Assembly (NCBI GenBank): GCA_951406725.2
Contig: OX597814.1
Span: forward strand, 168,888,001-168,952,000
Direction of reading: 5' to 3'
Source of the DNA: Octopus vulgaris
Taxonomy: Eukaryota
Length of the DNA: 64,000 bases
Shown: in pieces, positions 27,097 through 40,230 of the stretch
Numbering within the stretch: the first letter of the stretch is position 1
Layout of the letters: every line of letters starts with the position of its first letter
Position numbers and translations under genes: made by a program
Notes under the pieces: model-generated
The model's input: only the letters and a program-made list of their open reading frames with translations
The model's database searches: none
What the model was told of the DNA's origin: nothing

Positions 27097-27490
27097 CTGT
27101 GTGGTAAGTAGCTTGCTAACCAACCACATGGTTCCGGGTTCAGTCCCACTGCGTGGCATCTTGGGCAAGTGTCTTCTGCTATAGCCCCGGGCCGACCAAA
27201 GCCTTGTGAGTGGATTTGGTAGACGGAAACTGAAAGAAGCCCATCGTATATATGTATATATATATGTGTGTGTGTGTTTGTGTTGGTTCCCCTAGCATTG
27301 CTTGACAACCGATGCTGGTGTGTTTATGTCCCCGTTACTTAGCGGTTCGGCAAAAGAGACCGATAGGATAAGTACTGGGCTTACAAAAAGAATAAGTTCC
27401 GGGGTCGAGTTGCTCGATTAAAGGCGGTGCTCCAGCATGGCCGCAGTCAAATGACTGAAACAAGCAAAAGAGTAAAGAGTAAGAGTATAA
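27097..27490 (+). mobile_element. SINE family A, young near full-length copy
   Basis: Highly similar to 14226-14622; (AAAGAGT)n tail. Confidence 0.9.
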
Positions 27491-27551
27491 AAGAGTAATG
27501 TTGTATAATAAGTAGAATATATATAAAAAAGAGAATATAAATATAAGTATA

Positions 27552-27589
<38 letters not shown>

Positions 27590-27678
27590 TGTTGGTGCCT
27601 GTAGTTTGTACAAGTAACTTCTAATAAGAGTACAATGTCACTGATTGGAAGGTATTTGTTAACTATGACATTCCCTGT

Positions 27679-27714
<36 letters not shown>

Positions 27715-28617
27715 TTATGACGTAAGTCTTTCAAGTTAATATTTGACAGTCTGCAAAAGAAGAGAAACTAGAAATACAAGGAGACATGAAAAACATGTAA
27801 TATGTATATAGGGGTATTTAGCAGAATACATTAAATAAAAGTAGATAACCTCTCGTGCAATTATTTTCTTCACTCACCCTCTTAAGTTAATCTTTAAGGG
27901 CTTACAGAGCTTACCAAGACATGACAGTGGCGTTTTATAGCCAATGTGTTTGAGGAAATTAAATATCTGCTGTATTATAATGATGAGATGAGACTTAGAT
28001 TTAATATGCTGCTTGAAGAGTTTAAATAATCATTCCAAAGTTGTAAAGCTTGGAAATGTATGGCTGTAACTTAGCACTGAATGCTATTACGCATGGATTT
28101 GTTATTGAAAAGTGTATATAGTGAATAAAAAGGTTACATATAAAAACACTGATAGCCATGTCTAGACAAGTATATACTACTTATTGGTTGAGAAACCTAC
28201 AAAGAAGCTTCTACATGGTAACTTGAGTGGCTAAAAATAGCAGCTAAATCTTAACTAAATTGCACCCCACCATCTGAAAAAGGACACACAGATTAATGTG
28301 GCTGTAGATATACTAGATATAAAAAAAAAGACAGGATGGTCATGGTTGGAACACTTCTGATCATAGTCCTGCCTGATCAGGGTAGAACTGGGGCAAAGTA
28401 ATAATAGTTGAGTGGCGAAATTGTTTATAGTTTGTTTCCTAACTGTAGAGATGTAATATGGAGTAGAAACTTGCAATGCAGAAGTCAAATCCTTCCTTTA
28501 GCAAAATAATCTCAGACATGGCTGTGTGGTTGGGAAGTTTGCTTTGCAGCCATGTGGTTTCAGGTTCAATTGACGCCTTGAAATTGCAGGAGCTCCCTCT
28601 TTATCTATTTATATATC

Positions 28618-28648
<31 letters not shown>

Positions 28649-29054
28649 ACGCATGCATTATTCATTTTTACATGTCTTTCCATGAGAGTATGAGTTAGAA
28701 GAAATATATTGTGGTAATGCCTACAAAGAGGATGCCCCTCTTGACACTAATCCTTACCTTTTTTGCAAGTAAGGAACTTCTTATTTCACATACCTTTGAA
28801 GGCAGATGTCAGTGGACGACCTGCTGAGAGGGGAAGTGATGGGAAAGCTTCAGAGAACCACAAATGCAAACAAATCTGCAGGCACATTGCTTCTTCACAT
28901 ATCTATATGCATGCTCACATGTGCGTACACACATACACACACGAGTATATTTTTTTTATCAATGCATAACAGTAAGGAAACAAATTAAAAAGAAAAAAAA
29001 AACCTGAATAAAAGAAAAAAGAAAAACAAATGTTCTCCACCTTTTTACCATTTA

Positions 29055-29355
29055 TTTGATTCAGTAGTTGCACAGTGGCCATGCTGAGGCACTGCCTTGA
29101 CGGGCTTAACTGAACAAATTGACCCCACTACTTATATTTAAATTCCAGTACATATTCTACCAGTCTCTTTTGTCAAACTGCTAAGTTACCAGGATGTAAA
29201 CAAACCAACACTGGGTGTCAAGTTATGGTTGGAGAACAAAAATAAACATGGGCACAAACACACACGACATGCTTCCACTGAGTCCATCTACCAGATTCAT
29301 TTATGAGGCATTAGTTGGCCCAGAACTATAATAGAAGACATTTGCCCAAGGTGCA
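29055..29355 (-). mobile_element. SINE family A, degenerate
   Basis: GTGGCCATGCTG...TTGACCCCA...CTAAGTTAC...AGAAGACATTTGCCCAAGGTG. Confidence 0.7.
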
Positions 29356-29911
29356 ATGTGCCTTACAGTATTATTCTGCACTCAATTATAAATACCCCCT
29401 TGTCACAATTGCCATCAAAAATGCAAGGAGTTGATGATTGATTCAACAGAAACCCATAAACAACATTGCTATCTGTTCTCCAATTACAATGTAAGATAAT
29501 CTCAGCCAGTAAAATGCAATAGTGATAAAAAGAATATTAAAAAGTACTTTTTTTTCTTTCACTACACATTCAATGGTACAATTTCACTGTGTGTGCATGT
29601 GTGTCACAGTAGATAAACTAGACCATTCTAATTCAGGAAATGTAATAAATTAGAGATTATGGGGATATATAGAGAGAGATTATGGAGATATATATAAGAC
29701 ACTATATAAGATAAAATATTATATTCATCTAAGATGAGAGTTTCTTGCAATATTTCTTTTTAGTGACAAATATATAAACTGAATAAAGATGTAGTTTTTT
29801 AAATTTTATTTTATTTAAATATGTTGATTAAATATGAAACAAGAATAGAAATTAACTAAAACCAACTTCAAGTATATATATGAAATATTCAAAACATAAA
29901 CACACTAGTAA

Positions 29912-30065
29912 CGTCACTTAGCGGTTCGGCAAAAGAGACTGATAGAATAAGTACTGGGCTTACAAAGAATAAGTCCCGGGGTCGAGTTGCTCGACTAAAG
30001 GCAGTGCTCCAGCATGGCCGCAGTCAAATGACTGAAACAAGTAAAAGAGTAAAAGAGTAAAGAGT
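29912..30065 (+). mobile_element. SINE family A, 5'-truncated young copy
   Basis: CGTCACTTAGCGGTTCGGCAAAAGAG ... GACTGAAACAAGTAAAAGAGT. Confidence 0.9.
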
Positions 30066-32854
30066 ACGATCTAGAGTTTATTTCAAGAAGGGTAACTACC
30101 ACAAAATATATATATATATATATATTTACAAACCAATTGTCACTACGATATAAAATGAAGAATTTCAACTTTGATAGCTCTCATCTGACATTAAATTAAG
30201 CAGACTAGAAATTGGGAAAACTTTCCCTTCTAATGAAACTTTTTTTTCCTTCTTTTACGTTTGTTAATAATGTGATTAAAAAATAGAATAAAAATTTTTT
30301 AAAAAAACCTGTTATAGTCACGCCAGAAACATTTGTCAGCTTTTCTGACACGCTTTAGCATTCTAAATAGAAAAATAATTGAATGATATAGGAGGAAACG
30401 TCAATGTGACTAATAGGTGCCAATGTGGAAATAAAACATATGTAAATCAAAGAAATTGGGAAGAAATCAATTATTCAAGCAAAAGACTTTTGTTGTTGAT
30501 TTGAAGTAGCTTATAATAAGTCATAAAATAAAAGAGTATCATAATTAAGGGAAAGGAAAATGTGAATTTGAGATGTTTATGCCTTGGCCAAGGATATTAA
30601 TAGACTGAGTTAAATGAAATGATAACAACCAAGATAAAACTCAAGTAGATCCTATCTTTGTATTATCATACTTGTCAGAACTAGACTACAAGTATGAGTA
30701 ACCCTGCTGTACGCAGAGGCTATGAATGAATGCTGAAACACCAAAACATGCATTTATATGGTTGGGGTAACTCAATAATTATGTGCTAGACTTAATGGTT
30801 CAAATACAGCTTAGGAAACCCCATTTAGAATTCAGAACCATTCCTGTTACACAATGAAGGAGTTAGTGGTAGGAAAAGGTATACAGTTGTAAAAAGATTT
30901 TAATTTATATGAAATTATACCAAGTTAAAGAATGTCTTAAAATGGACATTCAGTTTTTGCCTTTCATCCTTTTGATAAATAAGTGCCCATCGAGGATGGT
31001 GAATTTAGAAGGCCAGGCAAGATGTGCTGTAATATCCATTCTGGTCTTTTATGCTCTAATTATTTATCTTCTGTGCTGACAGTAATGCTAAGACAGAACC
31101 ATCCCAAATCATCAACTTTCCCTTTGGATAAACACTGGTGTTATGGAGAAGGGAGACATGCTTGCATGGGCAATGCAATTCTGCCAGCCTTCCTCAAAAA
31201 AAATCTAGCCCAGGCCTGTAGACACATGTGTATCCACTAATGGGGATTCCTACATATACATACATAAATATATACACAATGGGGGCTCCCCCCCCCACAC
31301 ACACAGACATATGTTTGTGTGTGTGTGATTAAAGAGGCACCTGCATAGTTGTATGATTAAGAAGTTCACTTTCTAACTACATGGTTTCAAGTTCAGTCCT
31401 ACTGTGTGGTACCTTGGGCAAACATCTACTATAGCTCCTGGTAAACCAAAGCCTTGTGAGTTGATCTGGTAAGCAGAAACTGAAAGAAGCATGTTGTACA
31501 CATACAATCACAAATGTAGATAATTTAGAGAACTGAATACTGGTTGGGTAATAACCATGTGGTTAAGGTGATTGGTTATCACACTGAATTCATATTATTC
31601 TAAGCTCAAATTTTACTACTGTCATATGTATTGATAATTCCATAATGACATCTGACACTGACTACAAAGCCATATGTTTAAAGTTGATTGAATTGACCCA
31701 AATTTATACTTATTATTTAATAATAGTTACATGGAAAGAATGAAAGGCAAAGTTGACACCGCTGGGATTTGAACTGAGAATGCAGAGTAGCCATTGCTCA
31801 GCTTATTGAACCTCAATTAAAAGGGTTAATTACAACAGATTAACTGCCTCTGGCTCTGAGTACAAATGTCTTGTTTTCATAAGTTTTGAATTAAAATCTT
31901 CCACCAAACCTTAGCCACAATTTATGTTCCTAACACTAGCTAAATGATAACTAAGCTTATTTTACTAAACTCTTTGTTATATCTAAAGAAATCGAAAGAA
32001 ACACAGAGCATCTCAACAGAAATACAGTAATGAAAGGGTTAAGCAAATAAATGCTTTCATTTCTTATTGTCAACAATGTAGCAGTCTTTATTGGAGCATT
32101 GCATACAGTTGCCTTATAGTATTTGTCCTTACTATCTGTGCTTTAAGTTTAGATCCCTCTGAAGTTATGAACAACAGACTGAATGTCTTGTGTCATTTGT
32201 TCTGGCGCTTTGTGCTCTGAGTTCAAATCTTGCCATGGGGTACCAGCTTGCACATTACCATCTGGCACCTGGAATGTCTTGTATTCCAGGTGCATTATAA
32301 GCATCCTGGTCAAGTCGCCAGCTTGAGGATACCTTCCTCCTTCCCTCCCACCTATCAGTCTTGATGATGGCCCTGCAAACGGCCATGGGTGCACTGTCAG
32401 CACTCCTGACTAAAAGATAAATAAATAAACATATATAAAAAAGAGGCCACATTTTGTAATATTACTGATTAAATCAATCCCACCCTATGCAATAATTATA
32501 TAAAAGCAAAACCACACACAGACATCCTCACATCCACCCATCCAGTAAGGTTAATTAAATTCAAAACAATGAAGCTGTATTTAACGTAACTATTAATTAT
32601 CAATTACTTCTAACAAAGTAGGTTTGGTGCTGAAAGTAGTGATTCAAACAAGTTGTTCTATTTGCTGCATCTAGTTTGGCTCACTGAGCAAACCACATAC
32701 ATGCACACACACACACACACACACAGACATTTGCTTATCTATTTGTTTTTTACTCCAATCTTTTGGTTTCACCACTCGTATCAAGTTATATTTCTGTCAA
32801 GTTAACTTGGGGTTTCTTCAGTAACAATGTAACCTTCATATAATAACTTAGGTA

Positions 32855-32945
32855 TCTTCGGCCTGATGAGTAACTAGTGGAATACCCACATTGAGTAATT
32901 ATTACTTCTGAGGATCTGCTAGCTAGGAAACATATGTAACCTAGA
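32855..32945 (+). ncRNA. Degenerate type I hammerhead motif with long stem II (Penelope-like)
   Basis: CUGAUGA-G-UAACUAGUGGA...UCUGCUAGCUA-G-GAAAC-AUAU-GUA-ACC. Stem II pairs at 10 of 11 positions counting GU, stem III is palindromic (ACAUAUGU), stem I is weak. Confidence 0.55.
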
Positions 32946-32974
32946 TTTTACCTGCTCCGCTCCTTCAACTTGGA

Positions 32975-33272
32975 CATCATCATTATCATCATTGTTTAAC
33001 GTCCGCTTTCCATGCTAGCATGGATTGGACGGTTTGACCGGGGTCTGGGAAGCCAGGAGGCTGCAACAGGCTCCAATCTGATCTGGCAGTGTTTCTACAG
33101 CTGGATGTCCTTCCTAACGCCAACCACTCCGTGAGTGTAGTGGGTGTTTTTTACGTGCCACTGGCACAGGTGCAAGGCTGGCAAATGGCCACGATCGGTT
33201 GGTGCTTTTTATGTGCCACCAGCACGGAAGCCAGTCAAGGCGGTGCTGGCATCAGCCACATTCAGATGGTGT
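32975..33272 (-). mobile_element. Family D, 5'-truncated
   Basis: (CAT)n TTTAACGTCCGCTTTCCATGCTAGCATGG ... CTTCCTAACGCCAACCACTCC. Confidence 0.85.
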
Positions 33273-33462
33273 GATTTTTTGGAATGATGGGTCTCAAAGT
33301 ACATTACATATAGCTATAAAAGATAACATGAAAATATTGGTTTGAAAACCCCTTTGGGACAACAAAAGTCAAAGGCTGCCTGGTGCAGCTGTGTGGTTCT
33401 GGGTTCAGTCCCACTGCATGGCAAATTGGGCAAATATCATCTACTATAGATGGAAACTGAAA

Positions 33463-33745
33463 GGCAGGCTGGTAAAACACTGCTCCTTTAAATGGAAACC
33501 TCACCCTGTCATTGTGGTTTTGTGGCATGAAGCAAAGCAGGCCTAGCCATCCACTCAAGAAAACAGATAGTAAATAATCCACAAGTGCTCAAGCAAACTG
33601 AGCCCTCAACTTGCTCCATTTGCGAAAAGGTTTGCAAGGCACTGGCAGGCCTCAAGAGACACATTCATGTCCATAGAACGTGATCAATGCTTTATTTTAC
33701 TGAACTCCCATTTTTTGTTCACGTCAAGAGAATCCATCATCATCA
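33463..33745 (+). mobile_element. RTE-type LINE 3' fragment with two C2H2-like fingers, inserted within a family A SINE
   Basis: Frame from 33507: CHCGFVA*SKAGLAIHSRK...CSICEKVCKALAGLKRHIHVHRT* (stop 33681-33683), short UTR and (CAT)n tail; SINE A halves lie at ~33385-33462 and ~33750-33960. Confidence 0.7.
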
Positions 33746-33961
33746 ATATATGCGTGTGTGTGCTTGTTTATGTGTATGTCTATCTTTATATCTGTTTGTC
33801 CCTCCACCACCGCTTGACAACCAGTGTTGGTGAGTTTATGTCCTCATAGCTTTGCAGTCCAGCAAAAGATATTGACAGAATAAGTACTAGATTTTTTTTT
33901 AAATGTCCTGGAGTCGATTTCTTCAATTAAAACTCTTCAAGCCAGTGCTTCAGCAAATAAA

Positions 33962-33995
<34 letters not shown>

Positions 33996-34016
33996 CATCA
34001 TCATATATATATATAT

Positions 34017-36000
34017 ATCATCATCATCATCATCATCCTCATTTAACGTCCGCTTTCCATGCTAGCATGGGTTGGACGGTTCAACTGGAGTCTGGGGAGC
34101 CCTAAGGCTGCACCAGGCCAGTCAGATCTGGCAGTGTTTCTACAGCTGGATGCCCTTCCTAACGCCAACCACTCCGAGAGTGTAGTGGGTGATTTTATGT
34201 GCCACCGACACAGGTGCCAGACGAGGCTGGCGAACGGCCACGCTCGGATGGTGTTGTTATGTGCCACCGACACAGGTGCCAGACGAGGCTGGCAGACGGC
34301 CACGCTCGGATGGTGTTTTTATGTGCCACCGACACAAGTGCCAGATGAGGCTGGCGAACGGCCACGATCGGATGGTGTTTGTTACGTGCCCACAGCACGG
34401 AGGCCAGTCGATGCGGTACTGGCTACGGCCACGTTCGGATGGTTTTCTTGTGTGCCACCGGCACTGGTACCACAAAGATACAAATTCCATTGATGTTCAT
34501 CTATTTTGATTTGGTTTGATTTGATTTTTTTTGATTTTCACTTGCCTCAACAGGTCTTCACAAGTGTCACATACTTGCCTCAACAGGTCTTCACAAGTGT
34601 CATAAGAAGGAAGGTATGCACAGGTAAACTGACTATGTCCCAGGTAGGGGCCACGGGTTATGGCCTGACTAGTCTTGCCGGGTCTTTGGATGGTGTTTTT
34701 ATGTGCCACCAACACAGGTGCCAGATGAGGCTGGCGAACGGCCACGATCGGATGGTGTTTGTTACGTGCCCACAGCACGGAGGCCAGTCGATGTGGTACT
34801 GGCTACCGCCACGTTCGGATGGTTTTCTTGTGTGCCACCGGCATTGGTACCACAAAGATACAAATTCCATTGATGTGCATCTATTTTGATTTGTTTTGAT
34901 TGGATTTGATTATGATTATGATTATGATTATTATTATTATTATTATTATTATCACTTGCCTCAACAGGTCTTCACAAGTGTCATTTGATTTGATTAGCAC
35001 TTGCCTCAACAGGTCTTCACAAGTGTCATTTGATTTGATTTGCGCTTGCCTCAACAGGTCTTCACAAGTGTCATAAGAAGGAAGGTATGCACAGGTGGAC
35101 TGACTACGTCCCAGGAAGGGGCCACGGGCTATGGCCTGACTAGTCTTGCCGGGTCTTCGGACAGGTGCCAGATGAGGCTGGCGAACGGCCACGATCGGAT
35201 GGCGTTTGTTATGTGCCCACAGCACGGAGGCCAGTCGATGCGGTACTGGCTACAGCCACGTTCGGATGGTCTTCTTGTGTGCCACCGGCACTGGTACCAC
35301 AGAGATACAGATTCCATTGATGTTCATCTATTTTGATTTGTTTTGATTTTTTTGATTTGTTGATTTGTTGATTTTCACTTGCCTCAACAGGTCTTCACAA
35401 GTGTCACAAGAAGGAAGGTATGCACAGGTGGACTCCCAGGTAGGGGCCACCACGATCGGATGGTGTTTGTTATGTGCCCACATCACAGAGGCCAGTCGAT
35501 GCGGTACTGGCTACGGCCACGTTCGGATGGTTTTCTTGTGTGCCACCGGTACTGGTACCACAAAGATACAAATTCCATTGATGTTCATCTATTTTGATTT
35601 GGTTTGATTTGATTTTCACTTGCCTCAACAGGTCTTCACAAGTGTCACACACTTGCCTCTGCCTCAACAGGTCTTCACAAGTGTCACACACTTGCCTCAA
35701 CAGGTCTTCACAAGTGTCATAAGGAAGGAAGGTATGCACAGGTGGACTGACTACGTCGCCGGGTCTTCGGATGGTGTTTTTATGTGCCACCGACACAGGT
35801 GCCAGATGAGGCTGGCGAACGGCCACGATCGGATGGTGTTTGTTGTGCCCACAGCACGGAGGCCAGTCGATGCGGTACTGGCTACGGCCACGTTCGGATG
35901 GTTTTCTTGTGTGCCACCGGTACTGGTACCACAAGGATACAAATTCCATTGATGTTCATCTATTTTGATTTGGTTTGATTTTCACTTGCCTCAACAGGTC
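34017..36000 (-). repeat. Family D element with a tandemly amplified 5' region (about 5 units of 261-447 bp)
   Basis: Marker CA(A/G)ATTCCATTGATGT at 34481, 34861, 35308, 35569, 35940; 62-bp subrepeats at 34197/34259/34321; about 10 full or partial copies of CACTTGCCTCAACAGGTCTTCACAAGTGTCA; single tail at 34017-34190. Confidence 0.9.
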
Positions 36001-36222
36001 TATATATATATATATATATACACAAATAAGAAAATGGAGAAACAAATTCATCTTGTTCATCAACTTACGGATATTACAATTTTACATTATTTATTAATTA
36101 TACAAATGGGAACATCTTTACCAACAGTATATTGGATAACTGATATCCCATAGTGGGTTACATTCATAACCCCTATCTTACTTTGTACTATATATATCTA
36201 TATATATATATATATATATATA

Positions 36223-36454
36223 TATTTCTTTACTAACCACAAGGGGCTAAACACAGAGAGAACAAACAAGGACAGACAAACGGATTAAGTTGATTACATC
36301 GATCCCAGTGCGTAACTGGTACTTAATTTATCGACCCCGAAAGGATGAAAGGCAAAGTCGACCTCGGCGGAATTTGAACTCAGAACGTAGCGGCAGATGA
36401 AATACGGCGACGCATTTCGCCCGGCGTGCCAACGTTTCTGCCAGCTCACCGCCT
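36223..36454 (-). mobile_element. SINE family B, full length (tRNA-derived)
   Basis: Minus strand AGGCGGTGAGCTGGCAGAAACG (A box), GAGTTCAAATTCC (B box), central GCCTTTCATCCTTTCGGGGTCGATAAATTAAGTACCAG, tail AGCCCCTTGTGG..AGTAAAGAAATA. Confidence 0.9.
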
Positions 36455-37112
36455 AATGGTGGACAGCAGATGACCTTACAATATCTAAGCCCTTTGTCAA
36501 AGCAGATAGCCCTGTTTGCAACAGTCTGACTAACAGGTTCCTCTCTTACTTCATGCATGAGTGAGTGTCAATAGCAGGGCAAGTAACCACGCATGGGAAA
36601 ACTGTTTAAAAAACATTCAAATGTTCAGATTTTTACTCTTTCTCTCTCTCACACATACACAAACAAAACACTCTACCCACCATAGAAAGATAAAAATAAA
36701 TTATTGAAGCGATAGCATAAAGAGATGAAAGTGTGTGTGTTTGTATGTGTGGAGGGGTGGAGTGAATTACAGCATGCAAAGAAAAAAACTACTTCAATCA
36801 TGTATAATGAATAAAATAAAATATCTAAAGATTCACATGATATGATGAACTTGTTTAACACCCAGCTACGTATTGATTGAATGGCAAACTGAAAGTTTTG
36901 TACTTTTAACAGATACAGCTACGAAGCACGGAGAGAAAGACAGTTGATAGATTAAATGAAAGGACATGTAACAGGCATACACAGATGTGTTGACAAATTC
37001 TATAGGAAGACACAGCAAGAGTCAGAACGGTAATATATTCAACAGAACATCTAAAAGATCATCAATTATTTCAGATAGAAGGATGAGGAGTTTTATTCAC
37101 TAGAATTTCGAA

Positions 37113-37531
37113 GGATCTTTTCGGTTTGAACGGCAGTTTTTTCTAGTGGTGTCATATGAAATTGTCACCCATAATTATGACCCTAGTATCGATCTATTGC
37201 GTTTCAATTTGTTTTAGGGTTAGGGTTAGGGGGTGGGGCGAAGGGTATCTTTTTTCTTCACAAATGTAAATAAACCCAATCTATTTCTTAAACGAGAGAC
37301 ATATTCATACGGCACAGAATGTTTTTTTTTACCTCAATAGACGTCAGCGATTGGTTGAAATTGCAGAAATTAAAGAAAAAAACAACAAATATCTTACAAA
37401 CTATAGCATTTTCTCAATAAAGCCAAGAGAAAAAGATGTTTTATAAACACATTCTACCAGTATATGAAGTTTAAAATTTTTTAGTTACCTAGAAATTATG
37501 TCAAAAACTGCCGTTCAAACCGAAAAGATCC
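37113..37531. mobile_element. MITE with 29-bp TIRs and 8-bp TSD
   Basis: GGATCTTTTCGGTTTGAACGGCAGTTTTT / AAAAACTGCCGTTCAAACCGAAAAGATCC; flanks ATTTCGAA / ACTTCGAA; internal (TTAGGG)3. Confidence 0.92.
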
Positions 37532-38272
37532 ACTTCGAATTCCCCATAGCTGTTTTTGAACTCTTAAAACAAGCTTTAAAAATATGCCTTAGTTTATTAT
37601 AGCAGAGGTGGCTGGAGACGCGCACAAACACACGCATCAAAAAATATATTTAATAATAAAAGCCACTCGTCCTTCTCAGGGTATAAACTGACCTATATGT
37701 GTGTGTAAACAGCAGAAATATTCCTCTGGGTTGCTACATGACATAGAAAGTAGTGTAATGAATGAGTACGTATATATATATATATATACATTAGACAAAG
37801 TGGCATTGTTGATGTATTCATAATTCCGGAAGTTACAAGTGTCAGCTTACAAGGCAGTTTTGGGTGGGGTGAAGGAGGTGGAGCAAGCACTATAAATAAT
37901 ACCAACATCATTAACATGCCACAGCTACTGACACAAACTTTAGCACCAGCGCAAGCAAGCATCATCTGACTTAGACTATTAGCATTACTGCTGCTCCCAG
38001 TTATCGTTAGCACCACAATGTGGGGTCCCAACCACTAGAAATAGCAGCCTTCTTTTAAATAAAAATCTTGTTAACTTTAGAAGGGGGTGGTGGAGAAAGC
38101 ATACTTTGGACAATATAATTCTGGTTATATAATATAAGCGAGATGAGTGGAGATGCCTGGGTGCAGCCGTTGGGATGGGGATGATTTGGTGTGGTTGATT
38201 GGACATTCAGCCTGTTTTGGTGACAGTATTTTTTGACACTAGAGGCAAACACATATGCATACATGCATGCAA

Positions 38273-38305
<33 letters not shown>

Positions 38306-38310
38306 TATAT

Positions 38311-38618
38311 CATCAGCATCATCATCATTTAGCGTCCGTTTTCCATGCTAGCATGGGTTGGACAGTTCAACTGGGGTCTGTGAAGCCGGAAGGCTTCATC
38401 AGGCCCAGTCAGATCTGGCAGTGTTTCTACGGCTGGATGCCCTTCCTAACGCCAACCACTCCGTGAGTGTAGTGGGTGCTTTTTACGTGCCACCGGCACG
38501 GGGGCCAGACAGAGCGGCGCCGGCAACGACCACGATCGGATGGTTCGCTTAACCACAGCTGCAATTTCCACTGATGTTGATCGACCTCAATTTTGGTTCT
38601 GCTTTCTGATATCTGATT

Positions 38619-38620
<2 letters not shown>
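38311..38620 (-). mobile_element. Family D variant copy
   Basis: Same tail and GGATGCCCTTCCTAACGCCAACC core; lies between (TA)n tracts. Confidence 0.85.
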
Positions 38621-39025
<405 letters not shown>

Positions 39026-39499
39026 GGGGTAATGAGAGAATGTAATAAACATTAAAACAAGTAATGTCAAGTAAGTCAGCACTGAATCAGTAACACCAAA
39101 AATATTTCATACCTTAAGATGAGTGACCTGAAGCTAAATAACAGCAACCAGAAATACTTATTTCAAAGTCTGTTTGACGAGGGCTGGCCTGGTGGGGCTT
39201 AAATAATTCCATTTCAGGCCTGCTTTGCAACCATGCATTTTTATTATTTTTTAATTTTTTTAGCGAGTGTCTTCTATAGCCTAGGTTGATCAAAGCCCAG
39301 TGAACCAAACCTACAACTGACTGAAAACTGCATGGAAGCCCATTGAAGAAACAGCCCTGTTCTTGGATTTTAGATTTAATTGCTCAGTTTAATGTTACCA
39401 ATCACTTAGAGACCTGTAACCGTTTGGCATTCAGCTTACCCTATAAAAGGTTATGCTTATTTATTCACATTGTTTTGAATTAATCATGCATAAACATAG

Positions 39500-39698
39500 G
39501 TGCAGGAGTGGCTGTGTGATATTGGTGTAGGAGTGGCTGTGTGGTAAGAAGCTTGCTTACCAGCCACATGGTTCCAGGTTCATTCCCACTGCGTGGCACC
39601 TTGGTTGGGCAAGTGTCTTCTATTATAGCCTCGGGCCAACCAAAGCCTTGTGGGTGGATTTGGTAGACGGAAACTGAAAGAAGCCCGTCGTATACGTG

Positions 39699-39742
<44 letters not shown>

Positions 39743-39920
39743 ATGTTTGTCTCCCCGATGGTGGTGTGTTTACGTCCACGTATATTAGAGGTTCGGCAAA
39801 AGAGACCGATAGAATAAGTACTAGGCTTACAAAGAATAAGTCCTGGGGTCGATTTGCTCGACTAAAGGCGGTGCTCCAGCATGGCCGCACAGTCAAATGA
39901 CTGAAACAAGTAAAAGAGAG
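39500..39920 (+). mobile_element. SINE family A with duplicated head, inserted in a piggyBac-like MITE remnant
   Basis: TSD TAAACATAG (39491-39499 / 39921-39929); GGTG(C/T)AGGAGTGGCTGTGTG occurs twice. Confidence 0.9.
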
Positions 39921-40230
39921 TAAACATAGCTTTTAGATTGTTTATTTCTAGAATGACATTGTAAGGTGAGAATGAGATGTTGAATTTGGTCAGTCTGAAT
40001 ATAAAACAGGTAGAATGTTTCAGCGGGATATGGCTGGTTTAAATGCTAAGGGGGAGGTGAAGGAGTTTATTCTCTTGCAAAGCTAACGAAGTGTTGTCCT
40101 CTTTCCTCTGCATAAACACTTAAACTTACACCAATATATTCCTAGCATCATTACCCACCATTCACCCCCATTCAACAACAACAGCTTCCACTGCCACCGC
40201 TGCCACTACAACCACACCACCACCACTACC

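Noticed and set aside
23211-35978. Long overlapping ORFs (100-159 aa) in family D repeats
   Set aside because: Open in several frames on both strands because of GC-rich tandem repeats; no protein-like features.
34539-36000. 31-bp repeat with variable intervening sequence, CRISPR-like at first sight
   Set aside because: The intervening sequences are themselves repeats of very uneven length; no cas genes; eukaryotic context.
37214-37231. Telomere or interstitial telomeric site
   Set aside because: Only three units, and they are part of a MITE interior.
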